A stretch of DNA of 64,000 nucleotides, taken from an uncultured Planctomycetota bacterium. GTDB lineage: Bacteria; Planctomycetota; Planctomycetia; Isosphaerales; Isosphaeraceae. The DNA lies in NCBI GenBank assembly GCA_963823665.1, contig CAWGMQ010000004.1, forward strand, positions 640,001 to 704,000, given 5' to 3'. The notes beneath the pieces are model-generated. The model was not told the origin of the DNA and searched no databases. It saw nothing but the letters and a program-made list of their open reading frames with translations. Position numbers and translations under genes: made by a program. Position 1 is the first letter of the stretch. The number at the start of each line of letters is the position of its first letter. Below are positions 29,307 through 40,535 of this stretch, piece after piece.

Positions 29307-30125
29307 ATGGCACTACTCGAGCTGAAAGGCGTATGGAAGACATTCAACCCCGGCACGCCCGATGAGGTCCGCGCGCTCCGGGGCGTGGACCTGACACTCG
29401 AGCCGGGAAGCTTCGTGGTGGTGATTGGAACAAACGGCTCGGGCAAGAGCACGACGTTGAACGCCGTGGCGGGTTCCTTCCCGGTTGACTCGGGCACGAT
29501 CAGCCTCGCCGGCACGGACATCACCCGCTGGCCGGAGCACCGCCGGGCCAGGTTGATCGGCCGGGTGTTTCAAGACCCGCTCGCCGGCACGTCCCCCTCG
29601 CTCTCGATCGCCGAGAATCTCGCACTCGCCGCGCGGCGGGGCGGGCCGCGAGGCCTCGGCAAAGCGGTATCCCGGCGCGCCGTCGCCGAGTTTCGCGACC
29701 GGGTGAGGCCGCTGGGAATGGGCCTGGAAAACCGGCTTGATAACCCGATCGGCAGCCTCTCCGGCGGCCAGCGCCAGGCGCTGACCTTGCTGATGGCGAC
29801 CTACCGTCGCCCCGACCTGCTGCTACTCGACGAGCACACTGCCGCGCTTGACCCCCGAAGCGCCGAGCAGGTGATCAAGCTGACCGACCAGGTCGTCCGC
29901 CGCGAGAAGCTCACAACGCTCATGGTCACGCACTCGATGGCCCACGCCACGTCGCTGGGCGACCGGCTGCTCATGGCCCACCAGGGCCGCATGATCTTTG
30001 ACGTCTCAGGTGCCGCCAAGCACCGCCTTCGCCCCCACGACCTCCTCGAAAAATTTGAAGAGCTCCGCCGCTCCGACCAGCTCGACGAAACGGCGGCAAG
30101 ATTACTTCGCGAGGTTTATGTGTGA
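29307..30125 (+). CDS. ABC transporter ATP-binding protein
   Basis: GTNGSGKST, LSGGQRQ, LLLDEHTAALDP, VTH. Confidence 0.96.
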   Translation: MALLELKGVWKTFNPGTPDEVRALRGVDLTLEPGSFVVVIGTNGSGKSTTLNAVAGSFPVDSGTISLAGTDITRWPEHRRARLIGRVFQDPLAGTSPSLSIAENLALAARRGGPRGLGKAVSRRAVAEFRDRVRPLGMGLENRLDNPIGSLSGGQRQALTLLMATYRRPDLLLLDEHTAALDPRSAEQVIKLTDQVVRREKLTTLMVTHSMAHATSLGDRLLMAHQGRMIFDVSGAAKHRLRPHDLLEKFEELRRSDQLDETAARLLREVYV

Positions 30126-30137
30126 CCTCTCGATCTC

Positions 30138-30530
30138 TCAGCTCGCAACCCCAGATTCCAGGTGGTAGATCATGGTCCAGAGGCGATCGACCTCGCCGCG
30201 CTCAATGACTTCCAGTGGCTTCAGGCCCCCGAACGCTTCATTGGGCGAGTCGAGCCATCCGGGAATGGCGTCTTGGCTAACCACCTCGCAAAGCCGCTCC
30301 CTCAGGCGGTCGAGTTCCTTGACCCGGCGAATTCCCGGCTCGCTCACGGGTTTTCCACTCTCCCAGTCGGCGATCGCTCGCTCGGAAAAGCCCGCAAGCC
30401 GCGAAAACAGCTTCCGGCTGACGCCAAGTCGAGCGCGAACTGCATGCACCGTGGGAGGCAAAGTCGACTTGAACACCCTCGAGCGAACCGACACCTTCGT
30501 GGCGGCGATTTTCTTTTTGCTCGTTGCCAT
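30138..30530 (-). CDS. Xre-HTH / MbcA-ParS-like antitoxin
   Basis: RARLGVSRKLFSRLAGFSERAIADWESG (HTH) plus WLDSPNEAFGGLKPLEVI (MbcA/ParS C-domain); RBS gagga. Confidence 0.85.
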   Translation of the reverse strand: MATSKKKIAATKVSVRSRVFKSTLPPTVHAVRARLGVSRKLFSRLAGFSERAIADWESGKPVSEPGIRRVKELDRLRERLCEVVSQDAIPGWLDSPNEAFGGLKPLEVIERGEVDRLWTMIYHLESGVAS

Positions 30531-30698
30531 CGGAAATCCTCCTCGCACCATTGTGACAGAGCACCTCTTCAGCGTCAAGAAGGCCTGCATGCAGATTTGC
30601 ATAATCAAGACCGGTGCTGCCTGGGCAACTGGTCGACGTTGATGATCGAAAGGTAGCTAGTTGGAAGGAGATTCTCCGGGAACATAAGAAAACTTTCC

Positions 30699-33600
30699 TC
30701 AGCGGGATTTGGCGCCCGGCTTCCCGGCGACAAATCCCCGTAACGGCACCAGCTTCGCCTCCGCCTCGCGTGCCAGGTATCCCGTATCCGCGGCCACGTC
30801 CGTATGTCGGTCCACTTGCCCCGACGGCCAGCGAATCTCGATCGATTCCACCCGCTCACTCTTCCCCAGCCCGAAATGAAGCCGAGGATCATTGGCCGAT
30901 TGGTAACTGCCGCCGCCCTGGCGCTGCAACACCTGCTTGCGGCCGCCGGCCGTGAGCGTCACCCGCGCACCCACGGCGTCGCGGTTCGATTTCGTTCCTT
31001 CAAGTCGCAACGTCAAGTAATGGCCAACAACACTTGTCTGATTGTGGAAATAAGCGACGGGATCGTTCTGGGCCAGAATGAGCGCGTCGATCCGGCCGTC
31101 GTTGTCCAGGTCGCCGGCGGCCAGGCCACGGCCGACCCGCAAAACATCCCACGGTGCCCCGGCGCGTGCCGAAACGTCGACCAGTCGTCCATCGGGGCGG
31201 TTCTCATACAGACGGCTGGGCATCGCATACAGATAGAACCGCGGGTTGTCGTTCACATGGCCGTTCGTGATCATCACGTCGAGCAGCCCGTCGTTCGTGA
31301 CGTCAGCCATCGCGATGCCAAACCCGAGGAGATAGCGGCTCGCCAGCCCGATTCCCGAAGCGGAGCTGCGGTCGGCGAAGAGACCCTCGCCCAGGTTCTG
31401 GTAGAGCGTCGTTCCCTCGCCGTAGAAATTCGTCACCATCAGGTCGGGCCGGCCGTCGCCGTCAAGATCGCCACAAGCCACGCCCATGCCCGCCTGGTAG
31501 CCCCCCTCCGCGCTGCCGGCCACACCAGCCTGCAGCGCAACCTCCTCGAATCGAAAGCCCCCCAGATTACGGAAGAAGTAATTGGCCGTGCCGTCGTTCG
31601 CGATGTACAGGTCGACGCGGTCGTCGCCGTCCAGATCGGACGCCACGACACCCAGGCCACGGCCGATGTCCTCTTTGCAGCCGGCGATTTCGGTGACGTC
31701 GACGAACCGGCCGCCGTCGTTGCGGAAGAGGTGGTCCGGCGCCGCCGGAACCTTGCTGGGATCGCAGTAGTAATAGCCCCCTTGCTCGTTCGTGCAGAGG
31801 CGCGGGTGTTCGGGGTCCCACTTCATGTAGTGGCAGACGTAAAGATCGAGGTCGCCGTCATTGTCCAGATCGCCAAACGCCGCCGACGTCGGGTTGTCAC
31901 GCACACCTGCAAGCCCGGCACGCTCGGTCACGTCTTCGAAGGTGCCATCACCGCGGTTCCGGTAAAGCGCATAGGTCGTGAGCCGGGAGACGAAGAGATC
32001 CGGATGGCCGTCGTTATCGTAGTCGCCAACCGTCACCCCCAGGCCGTATCCACCGCGCCGGGCAATCTTGCCGATTCCGGACGCTTCGGTCACGTCGACG
32101 AACGTGCCGTCGCCGCGATTGCGGAACAGGCGGTCGCACGGCAGTGGCTCAGCTTCCGCCGGCGCATTCTGCAAGGCATGCAGCGGCCCCCCTTGAACGC
32201 AGTACACGTCGTACCACCCGTCACCGTCGAAATCGATGAGGCCCAGCCCACCCGACATCGTCTCGGGCAGTTCGTGCTGCAAGGTCTTGCCGTTGTCGAA
32301 GACGAAGCGAAGGCCTGCCTTCTGGGCATCATCGACGAACGTGGGAAGGGTCCTCGAGGAGGAATCCGCGCCCGCGGAGCCGGCAGCCTTGATGGCGGCG
32401 CCATCCACCGGCCGCAGCGCGATGAGCTGATCGGCGAGAGTGATCTCGCCGGTGACTCGGATGCCGCTGCCTCGAAACGCGTAGGCAGAGGAGAGCGATA
32501 CAGCGTTTGGCCGAAGGCTCGCAGGAAGCGGGGAAACCGCCGGGGTCTGGGAGCCCGCAGCCGACGGGACCGGATCGCGCAGCCCGGCCTCAGCCAGGAT
32601 CGACCACGCCTGGGCGTCGAACGGGCGGCCCAGCGTCGTCGTCAGCTCGGCAAGGTCTGCCGCGCGGCTCGAGAGGTCATCACCGTCGAACAGCGCCTTG
32701 CGGTACGTGTCGTGGGCACGGTCGACCAGGGCCTTGCGGCGGTGCCACTCTTCCGATTCTTTCACGCGGCCCGAGCCGACCATCAGCACGGCCAGCCGTT
32801 CCAGGGCCTTCGTGTTCCCGGGATCGGCTGCAACGAGCGCTTGGAGCTCGCGCTCTTCGGCCGCCGGATCGCGGCGCACGGCCATCAGCCAGGCGCGCAG
32901 CTCGAGCACCGTGGGCGGATCGAAATCGGCCGCGTGAAGGTGGCCGAGCGCCATCCAGAAGCCGGCCTCGTCCAGCGTGCCCAAGGCCAGCTCGAGGCGG
33001 GCGCGCCAGACGGCCGGGTCATCCGGGCGCTTCAGAATGCAGCGATCGAGCCACGGGGCGGCTTCGGCCCAGTTGCCGGTTGTGATGGCCACGTTGGCGC
33101 GCCCCAGCCAGACCCGATCGTCGTCGCCGTCGGCGTTCTCGAGTGCTTTTTTCCACGCCTCGACCGGCATCGGCGAGTGGTCGAGCGTCCACAATTCCTT
33201 CAGGTCGCCCGCCGGCGTGGGCGAGCGCGCCCAGCCGCCGCGCACGATCTCGCGAACCTCGTCGAACCGGCCCTGGAAGCGGTAAAGCCGGCTCAGCACG
33301 CGCTCAAGCTCGTAGCGCAGAGCGGCATGCGGCTCGCCGAGCGCCTGAAGCAGCGTTTCTTCAGCCGGAGTGTAGCGCCCGGTGTTGATCAAGTGCGTGG
33401 CGCGCAGCAAGCTGCCGCGGTCGTGATAAGGGCTGCTGCGAGGGATCTTGGACCAGGCCTCGAGCGCCCGTGTCGCCGCCGCCTGGGCTTCCGCGCGACG
33501 CTCCGGGGGCTCGTTTCGGCCGCGCTCCAGCTCGCATTCGCCCAGCAGGAGGTAGACCTCGCCGTCACCGGTCCAGCGCTCGGCGAGTCGGGAGAGGCGG

Positions 33601-33767
33601 GAACTTGCGAGCGCGTAATGGCCCCCGGCCAGCGCCGCGCGGGCCTCGGCAAGCTCAGCCTGCAATGACCTCTGCCGGATCAAATACGCGCATGCTGCCC
33701 CCACCATTGAGAGGAGCACGAGAGCCCCCAGCACCCACCACGCGGTGCCGCCCCGTCGCTTTGCCAT
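30699..33767 (-). CDS. TPR + FG-GAP/ASPIC-UnbV (CRTAC1-family) protein, class A
   Basis: TM anchor, TPR-like helices, repeated DxDxDG motifs, NRDAVGARV, GGGSYQS.NDPRLHFGLG, RWPSG. Confidence 0.93.
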   Translation of the reverse strand: MAKRRGGTAWWVLGALVLLSMVGAACAYLIRQRSLQAELAEARAALAGGHYALASSRLSRLAERWTGDGEVYLLLGECELERGRNEPPERRAEAQAAATRALEAWSKIPRSSPYHDRGSLLRATHLINTGRYTPAEETLLQALGEPHAALRYELERVLSRLYRFQGRFDEVREIVRGGWARSPTPAGDLKELWTLDHSPMPVEAWKKALENADGDDDRVWLGRANVAITTGNWAEAAPWLDRCILKRPDDPAVWRARLELALGTLDEAGFWMALGHLHAADFDPPTVLELRAWLMAVRRDPAAEERELQALVAADPGNTKALERLAVLMVGSGRVKESEEWHRRKALVDRAHDTYRKALFDGDDLSSRAADLAELTTTLGRPFDAQAWSILAEAGLRDPVPSAAGSQTPAVSPLPASLRPNAVSLSSAYAFRGSGIRVTGEITLADQLIALRPVDGAAIKAAGSAGADSSSRTLPTFVDDAQKAGLRFVFDNGKTLQHELPETMSGGLGLIDFDGDGWYDVYCVQGGPLHALQNAPAEAEPLPCDRLFRNRGDGTFVDVTEASGIGKIARRGGYGLGVTVGDYDNDGHPDLFVSRLTTYALYRNRGDGTFEDVTERAGLAGVRDNPTSAAFGDLDNDGDLDLYVCHYMKWDPEHPRLCTNEQGGYYYCDPSKVPAAPDHLFRNDGGRFVDVTEIAGCKEDIGRGLGVVASDLDGDDRVDLYIANDGTANYFFRNLGGFRFEEVALQAGVAGSAEGGYQAGMGVACGDLDGDGRPDLMVTNFYGEGTTLYQNLGEGLFADRSSASGIGLASRYLLGFGIAMADVTNDGLLDVMITNGHVNDNPRFYLYAMPSRLYENRPDGRLVDVSARAGAPWDVLRVGRGLAAGDLDNDGRIDALILAQNDPVAYFHNQTSVVGHYLTLRLEGTKSNRDAVGARVTLTAGGRKQVLQRQGGGSYQSANDPRLHFGLGKSERVESIEIRWPSGQVDRHTDVAADTGYLAREAEAKLVPLRGFVAGKPGAKSR

Positions 33768-34110
33768 TCTGGCCCTTCCCCCAGCCCCGGTGACACGATA
33801 GGGCGCTATCATCGCGGAAAAGGGCTCGGCCCGGCAAGTGGCCCAACTGAAGAGCAGGGGAGCCTATGAGCGACGCTCTTCAAAAGCCACTCCAATCCAT
33901 GGACTTCGCGCAAGCGCGGCACCACCCGTGCAGAGGAAGCTCGCCAGGCGCGGCCCTTAGCCTGACTTGAGTGCTCCGCTCCTGCGGGTTATGTTCGAAA
34001 GGGTGCTTCGAGCGAGCGGCTCGACGAATCAGGCCGGCTGTCTTCCGGCAAGGAACGATCGGCTCGAGTGGGTCACCTCTGTGGTCGTCAAGGAGTTATC
34101 CAGTAACACA

Positions 34111-35409
34111 ATGATTGCGGCTGATCGGTCGCGCCGGCGAGCCATCGCATGGATCGCAGCCGCGATCGCGGGGATCGTGCTCACGCTGTTCCTCGCGTTC
34201 AAGGTCCGGAGCACCCTGGGAGCCGCACGCGCGGCCCGCGAAGCCCGGCTGGCAATCGCTGCGGGCCGTCTCCGCCAGGCGAAAGAGCCGCTCGAGCGGT
34301 GGCTTCGCGCCGAACCAGGGGCGGCTGAACCGCATGCCCTTCTCGCCCAGGTCGCGCTCGAGGAAGGCGATCTGGGGAAAGTCACCGATCAACTCAACCA
34401 GGCCCGCGCACTCGGTTATCCCAAAAGCGAGCTCGAGCGCCTGCACGCGGTCACGCTCGCGCGGATTGGCCGATTCGCCGAGGCCGAGCCGATCCTGATG
34501 CGGCTTTATCAGTCCCAAGTCGAACCCGATCCGGCGGTCGACGAGGCGCTGGCGCGGCTTTATTTGATGACCTACCGGCTGAAACACGCCGAGCAGGTCA
34601 TCCGCCGATGGATCCACGACGCCCCGACGGACGCTCGGCCGTTCCTGTGGCTGACCGAATATGACCGCAGGATGGAAGTCGACAACACCGAGGCACTCGA
34701 GGAACATTACCACGCGGCGCTCGAGCGCGACCCGGGTCTCGACCCGGCCCGGCTCGGCCTGGCCGAGACACTCAGAAAGGTGCACCGCAACACCGAGGCG
34801 GCCCCTGAATATGAGGCCTATCTGGCGCGTCATGCAGCCGATTCAGCCGCGCTTTCCGGCGCAGGCCGCAACGACCTCGCGCTTGGCGACCTGGACTCAG
34901 CCGCCCTCAAGCTGGACAAGGCCCTCGCGATCGACGGGCGTGATTCCGGCGCGCTCAAGGGCCGGGCTGAACTCGACGTCGCTCGCCGCGAACCGGGGAA
35001 GGCGCTCGAACGCCTCGACCGCGCGCTCGAGATCGACCCGTTTGACACCGAGGCCCTGTACACGCGCGGCCGGATCCACGCCATGCTTGGCGACACCGCC
35101 CGGGCCAAACAAGACATGGATTCGTTCAAGCGCTACACCAATGACCACGCCGCACTGCTCGAGCTGCGCGGCCGTTTGATGACAAACCCGAACGACAATT
35201 CGCTCCGCTGCAAGGTCGCTGCCTGGATGCTCGCCCATGGCCGTGATTCAGACGGCCTGGGCTGGGCCCAGGCGGTCCTGGCCAGCGATCCGGACCATCC
35301 CGAAGCCAACGGGCTTCTCGCCGGCTATTACAGCACTCGGCCCAAGGAGGCGGGGCTCGCGAACTACTATCGCCTGCGCGCCTCTTCCCGGCAGCGGCCA
35401 GCGCAATGA
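34111..35409 (+). CDS. Membrane-anchored TPR protein
   Basis: N-terminal TM helix; TPR motifs ALERDPGLDPARLGLAETL and ALEIDPFDTEALYTRGRI; ATGA-coupled to the next gene. Confidence 0.88.
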   Translation: MIAADRSRRRAIAWIAAAIAGIVLTLFLAFKVRSTLGAARAAREARLAIAAGRLRQAKEPLERWLRAEPGAAEPHALLAQVALEEGDLGKVTDQLNQARALGYPKSELERLHAVTLARIGRFAEAEPILMRLYQSQVEPDPAVDEALARLYLMTYRLKHAEQVIRRWIHDAPTDARPFLWLTEYDRRMEVDNTEALEEHYHAALERDPGLDPARLGLAETLRKVHRNTEAAPEYEAYLARHAADSAALSGAGRNDLALGDLDSAALKLDKALAIDGRDSGALKGRAELDVARREPGKALERLDRALEIDPFDTEALYTRGRIHAMLGDTARAKQDMDSFKRYTNDHAALLELRGRLMTNPNDNSLRCKVAAWMLAHGRDSDGLGWAQAVLASDPDHPEANGLLAGYYSTRPKEAGLANYYRLRASSRQRPAQ

Positions 35410-38326
35410 TCGCTCCGCTGTTCAAGAACCGGTTCGTACTCGCGCCGGCCGCCGTGCTCGTCGTGCTGCTCGGCTGGGCCGGCTACCGGGCGCTGTCGGC
35501 GCGCCGGCTTCGCGTCGAGCTCGACGCAGCCGCTCGCGATCTGGCCTCCGGCAACGCGATCAGAGCCAGGGACCGCCTGGCGCGCCTCGCCGGGACGTGG
35601 CCCGGCCGGGCCGAGATCCTGTACCCTCTGGGTGAAAGCGAGCTGGCCTGTGGCCGATTCGAGCAGGCGATCTCCGCCTGGTCCCAGATTCCACGAAGCT
35701 CGCCCCTGGCAGGCCAGGCCGCGCTACTTCACGCGAGACTCGCACTCCAGGCCGGCCGCTTCTCCGAGTCCGAGCGCATCCTGAAAGACGCTTTGAACGA
35801 ATCCGATCCGGCCGCGGGGGAGCTCTCGCACCTCCTTCTCCTGATCCTGGTCCAGCAGGGGCGGATCGAGGAAGCGCGCCGGCTGATCGAGGACCGCTGG
35901 AACAACCAGGGGCTCTCCACGCTCGAGCGGGTCGCTCTGCTTCACGACCACATCGCACTCGACCTCGAGACCACGCCGCTCGATGGAAATCTCGAATTCG
36001 TGGGATCCGCAAACACGCGCGACCCTGACGACGACGGGCTCTGGCTGGCTCGCGCCAACCTGGCTTTGAAGACCGGCCGGCTCGAGGAAGCCTCGCGCTG
36101 GCTGGACGCTGTGAACGCACGCCGAGCAGATGATCCGGCCGTCTGGCTGCTCGCCTGGAATGGGCGCAGGCATCCGGGCGGCTCGATCGGGCCCGCGACG
36201 CGTTGACCCACCTCAACGGCGCTGACTTCCGCGATGAAGAAATCGCCGGGCTCCGCGCCTGGATCGCCGGGCGAAAGGGTGACGCGAAAGCGGAGAAGCA
36301 TGCACTCGAGCAAGTGCTCGCCGCGAACCCGGGTCACCTCGCCGCGCTCGAGCGCCTGGCTGAGCTCAACTTCCGGGACGGCGCGGCAGACGAAGGACGC
36401 CGGCTCCGAAGTCTCAAATCCAAGCTCGACGCCAAGAAGGACCAGTACCAACGATTGTTCCGCGACGGTCGGCTCGAAGCCAGCGCCCCCGAGATGGCAC
36501 CCCTGGCCGCAGAACTCGGCCGCGACTTCGAGGCACTGGCTTTCGTGTCGCTCGCCGCCCTGAACGAACGCGGCAATCACACCGACAGAGGCAAGCTCGA
36601 GCGGCATGTCCCGCCCCGGGCTGTACGACCCGCCACGAGCGAGTCGCTCGCGAGCCTCTTCGCCCGCGAGCCGGAGCGAGCCGCTCGGCCGGAACCGGCC
36701 CAGCCGGCATCCCCGCTTCGATTCGAGGACGACTCGCGCGCATCGGGGCTCGCCGGCTTCGTTCTGGACAACGGCGCATCCCCGAGCCATCAGCTTCCCG
36801 AGGTCTTCTGCGGCGGAGCCGGCCTGATCGATTACGACGGCGACGGCTTCCTCGACGTCTATCTTATCCAGGGCGGACGATTCCCCCCTACTGGAGCCGA
36901 GCAAGAGAACGCGGACCGCCTGTTCCGGAACCGCGGCGACGGGACATTCGATGACGTGTCGAGCGCGACCGGATTGAGCGCCATGACCGGCGGCTACGGG
37001 CACGGAATCTCGGTCGGCGACTACGATAACGATGGCCACCCCGACATCTTCCTGACTCGATGGCGATCCTACGCCTTGTATCGGAACCGCGGCGACGGCA
37101 CATTCGAAGACGCCACCGCGAGAGCCGGCCTGGCCGGGGACCGCGACTGGCCGACTTCGTCGGCGCTCGCCGATCTCGATAACGACGGCGACCTCGACCT
37201 CTACGTGTGCCACTACGGGGTCTGGGACGACCGGAACCCGCTGTCCTGCAAGGACCCGAGCGGAAGGGTCAACATCTCCTGCGATCCTCGACTGATCGCA
37301 GCCCTGCCTGACCACGTCTTCCGCAACGACAACGGGCGGTTCGTCGACGTCACCAGGGAAGCGGGCATCGACGACCGTGACGGGCGTGGCCTGGGCGTTG
37401 TCGCCGCCGATTTCGACGGCGACGGCCTCACCGAGCTGTTCGTTGCCAACGACAGTACGGCCAACTTCCTGTTCCACAACCTGGGGGGCTTTCGCTTTGA
37501 GGAAGTCGGGCATCCCGCGGGCGTTGCCGCCAGCGCCAGCGGCGGATACCAGGCGGGGATGGGCGTGGCTTGCGGCGACTCGGACGGCGACGGGACGATC
37601 GATCTCGCCGTGACCAACTTCTACGGCGAGTCGACGTCGCTTTTTCACAACCTGGGGCGGGGACTTTTTGTTGATCACACGGCCGCCGTCGGGCTCGCCG
37701 CACCAAGCCGGTATGTTCTGGGCTTCGGCGCCGCGTTCCTGGACGCGGACAACGACGGCCAGCTCGACCTCATGACGGCCAACGGCCACGTCAACGACCT
37801 CCGGCCACAATTCCCTTTTCAGATGACCGCACAGCTCTATCGCGGCGAGGCCGGCGGGCGACTGGCCGATGTGACCGCGAGCGCCGGGCGGCCGTTCTCC
37901 CAGCTACACGTGGGCCGAGGACTGGCCGTGGGCGATCTCGACAACGACGGTCGAATCGACGCACTGCTCACTTCGCATAATGAGGTCCCGATCTACTTCC
38001 ACAATCGAACCGAGACCCTGGGCAGGCACTTCGCGATATTTCAACTGCGAGGCACCAGGTCCAACCGCGACGGGGTCGGCGCATCCGTGACGATCACTGC
38101 AGGCGGGCGCACACAGGTGACTCAGCGATTCGGAGGCGGCAGCTACCAGTCCGCCGGCGATTCCAGGCTCCATTTCGGACTGGGCTCGGCAACCCGGATT
38201 GATCGTGTCGAAATCCGCTGGCCGCTGGGACAGGTCGACCGTTTCGAGGATGTCGCAATCGACGCACAGTACATCGCGGTCGAAGCCGCCCAACGGCTCG
38301 ATCGCACCCCGCTCAGGCATCCATGA
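35406..38326 (+). CDS. TPR + FG-GAP/ASPIC-UnbV protein, class A; frameshift near 36147
   Basis: Paralogous to 30699-33767 (DDPAVW.ARLE, GGYQAGMGVACGD, TNFYGE). A 1-nt shift joins ORFs 35406 and 36203. Confidence 0.9.
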
Positions 38327-38579
38327 AGGCGGCTGCGGTGCCCCTTGAAGCGTCAACGCGTTGAGTCCATGATGCTTACGATGATCGCAAGCAATCATTG
38401 AGAGCGATTTGATCTCGCGACGCTTTCCGGCCCACGATCGTCGGTTTTGCGAAAAAAAACGTTAATCGGAGGAGTAGGATCTTGCGATGAGCGCGAAATT
38501 TGCGCTTATTATCGGATGGTCAGTATTCATTTCATTGTCGTGCTCGTTCTTTGACTAACTCAAGAGGGAGTGGAGATCG

Positions 38580-39708
38580 ATGCTTGCAACTCGTAAGTCG
38601 GGCTCTAGGGGTTTCACCCTGATCGAGCTCCTGGTTGTTATTGCGATCATTGCGGTCTTGATTGCCTTGCTCTTGCCGGCCGTGCAGGCTGCTCGCGAAG
38701 CGGCCCGCCGCGCCCAGTGCACCAACAACCTCAAGCAGCTTGGGTTGGCGGTGCATAATTATCATCAACAGCAGAACTGTCTCCCCGCCGAGAACATGTT
38801 CCTCGGGCCCACAAACGATCTGGGCTGGGGCTGGTGTGCAAGCTGGGCGGTGTTCATGCTGCCCAACCTGGAGCAGCAGCCCTTGTACAACGCTTATAAC
38901 TTCTCCGTGAACGCCGACAACGTGATCAACTCCACGACCGCGTACTCGGCGATTCCAACGATGTTCGTGCCCCTCCGACAACCAGAAAGTACGGCCCAAC
39001 CAGCCGTGGGCGCCGACCAACTACGTCGCCAATCACGGCGGGCCGGGCGTCATCCGGATGTGGTCCGGCACGATCGTCGAGTTCCTCACGTGTTCGGTGC
39101 CCGGCGACAAAATCAACGGCTGGGGGCCCGGCACTTACTGGTGGGGGGCAGACAACAACCTCGGCTTCTTCGGCTTTGAAAGCGTCACCGACGGCACCGC
39201 CAACACCGGCCTCTTCAGCGAGAAGCTGCTCGGCTGGTCGGCTGGAAATAACGGCGCCGCGCTGACGACCACTAGCTCCGAGGCGAAGCGGGGCATTTAC
39301 GTCATCAGCACCACCTCCGTCGCCTACAACTCGCAGAGCACGGCCCTGGCCCAGCAGAGCGTTATAGCCTGCCAGTCGATACCGTCTGGTTCGCCACAGG
39401 CGGTGAACAACACCGGCTGGCTCAATGGCTTTTCCTGGTGCTTGGGGTACGAATGGCACACCGTGGTCAATTCGTATCATCACTACAACACGCCCAACAA
39501 GTTGACCTGCTTGAATGCCAGCGACCCAGGCAGCCTTTGGGGCGGAACTTCGGGCATGTCGACGGCCACCAGCAACCACCCGGCCGGCGTCAACGTCTGC
39601 TTCACCGACGGCTCGGTGCGGTTCGTCAAGGACTCCGTCGCCGCGAGCACGTGGTGGGCACTCGGCAGCCGCAACGGGGGTGAGGTCGTGAGCGCAGATC
39701 AGTACTGA
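38580..39708 (+). CDS. DUF1559 prepilin-type protein, copy 1; frameshift near 38965
   Basis: [73 protein letters not shown]. It has one extra base relative to copy 2 at MLCPSD. Confidence 0.95.
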
Positions 39709-39892
39709 GCGCTTTTCTGTTGTGCAGCAAATCGAAACACGGACTCCGCCGCGCGGCCACGACTTGTGCGGAAGCCGCACGCGGAGCCGGTTTCGTTTTC
39801 ACCAAGCTGCTTTGTCGGAGATTGGTTGCAGCAAGCCGTTGCCAGACTAAGCGCCTCGTGAGAACAAGAGAAATCAATTCGGAGACAACGGG

Positions 39893-40129
39893 ATGAAGCA
39901 AGTTTTGTTCGTTGCCTGCCTCGTGTTCGGTTCGTTCGGATTGACGGGCTGCGATTCGGGGGGCATTCCCGAGGGCCAGCCGGAAACGACGAAGCCAGAC
40001 GTTCCACTCCTTCCCGCAGACGCGGCCAAAGGCCCGAAAATGCCCGCCGGCGGCGCTGCCCCCGGAAAGGACGCGCCTAAGGGCGAAGCTCCTGGAACGC
40101 CCCCCGCTCCGGACGCGACCAAGAACTGA
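39893..40129 (+). CDS. Small Pro/Ala/Lys-rich lipoprotein, copy 1
   Basis: Lipobox LTGC; RBS ggag; paralog of the next gene. Confidence 0.85.
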   Translation: MKQVLFVACLVFGSFGLTGCDSGGIPEGQPETTKPDVPLLPADAAKGPKMPAGGAAPGKDAPKGEAPGTPPAPDATKN

Positions 40130-40193
40130 TGCGGCATGAACGACCATCGGATATTCGTTTAGATTCACACCCATACGGAACGGAGACAATCAG

Positions 40194-40442
40194 ATGAAGC
40201 GAGTTTTATTGAGCGCGTGCCTTGTGTTTGGTTCGTTCGGCCTGGCGGGCTGCGATTCCGGCGGCGTCCAGGAGGGAATGCCGACCGACGCAGCCAAGGT
40301 CGATGTGCCGCTCAATTCGATTCCGGCAAACGCGGCCGAAGGACCGAAAATGCCGAAGGATGGCGCCGCCCCCAAGAAGGATGGCGCCAAGGCGGCCGAG
40401 GCTCCTGGCACTCCGCCTGCCCCGGATGCGACCAAGCAATGA
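40194..40442 (+). CDS. Small Pro/Ala/Lys-rich lipoprotein, copy 2
   Basis: Lipobox LAGC; shares CDSGG, DVPL, GPKMP and EAPGTPPAPDATK with copy 1. Confidence 0.85.
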   Translation: MKRVLLSACLVFGSFGLAGCDSGGVQEGMPTDAAKVDVPLNSIPANAAEGPKMPKDGAAPKKDGAKAAEAPGTPPAPDATKQ

Positions 40443-40464
40443 CACCACAAGCCCGGTGAGCTTG

Positions 40465-40502
40465 AAACGGGCCCGGCGCGAGCGCCGGGCTCGTTTGTTT
40501 TC
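40465..40502 (+). terminator. Probable intrinsic terminator
   Basis: aaacgggcccggcgc-ga-gcgccgggctcgttt hairpin followed by gttttc. Confidence 0.7.
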
Positions 40503-40535
40503 ACGTTCGTTCTTGTCGAACACTGGGCCACGATC

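Noticed and set aside
30804..33668. 954-aa + strand ORF, and similar long antisense ORFs (35942-37810, 40944-42788)
   Set aside because: Shadow frames of high-GC CRTAC1 genes, with no recognisable motifs.
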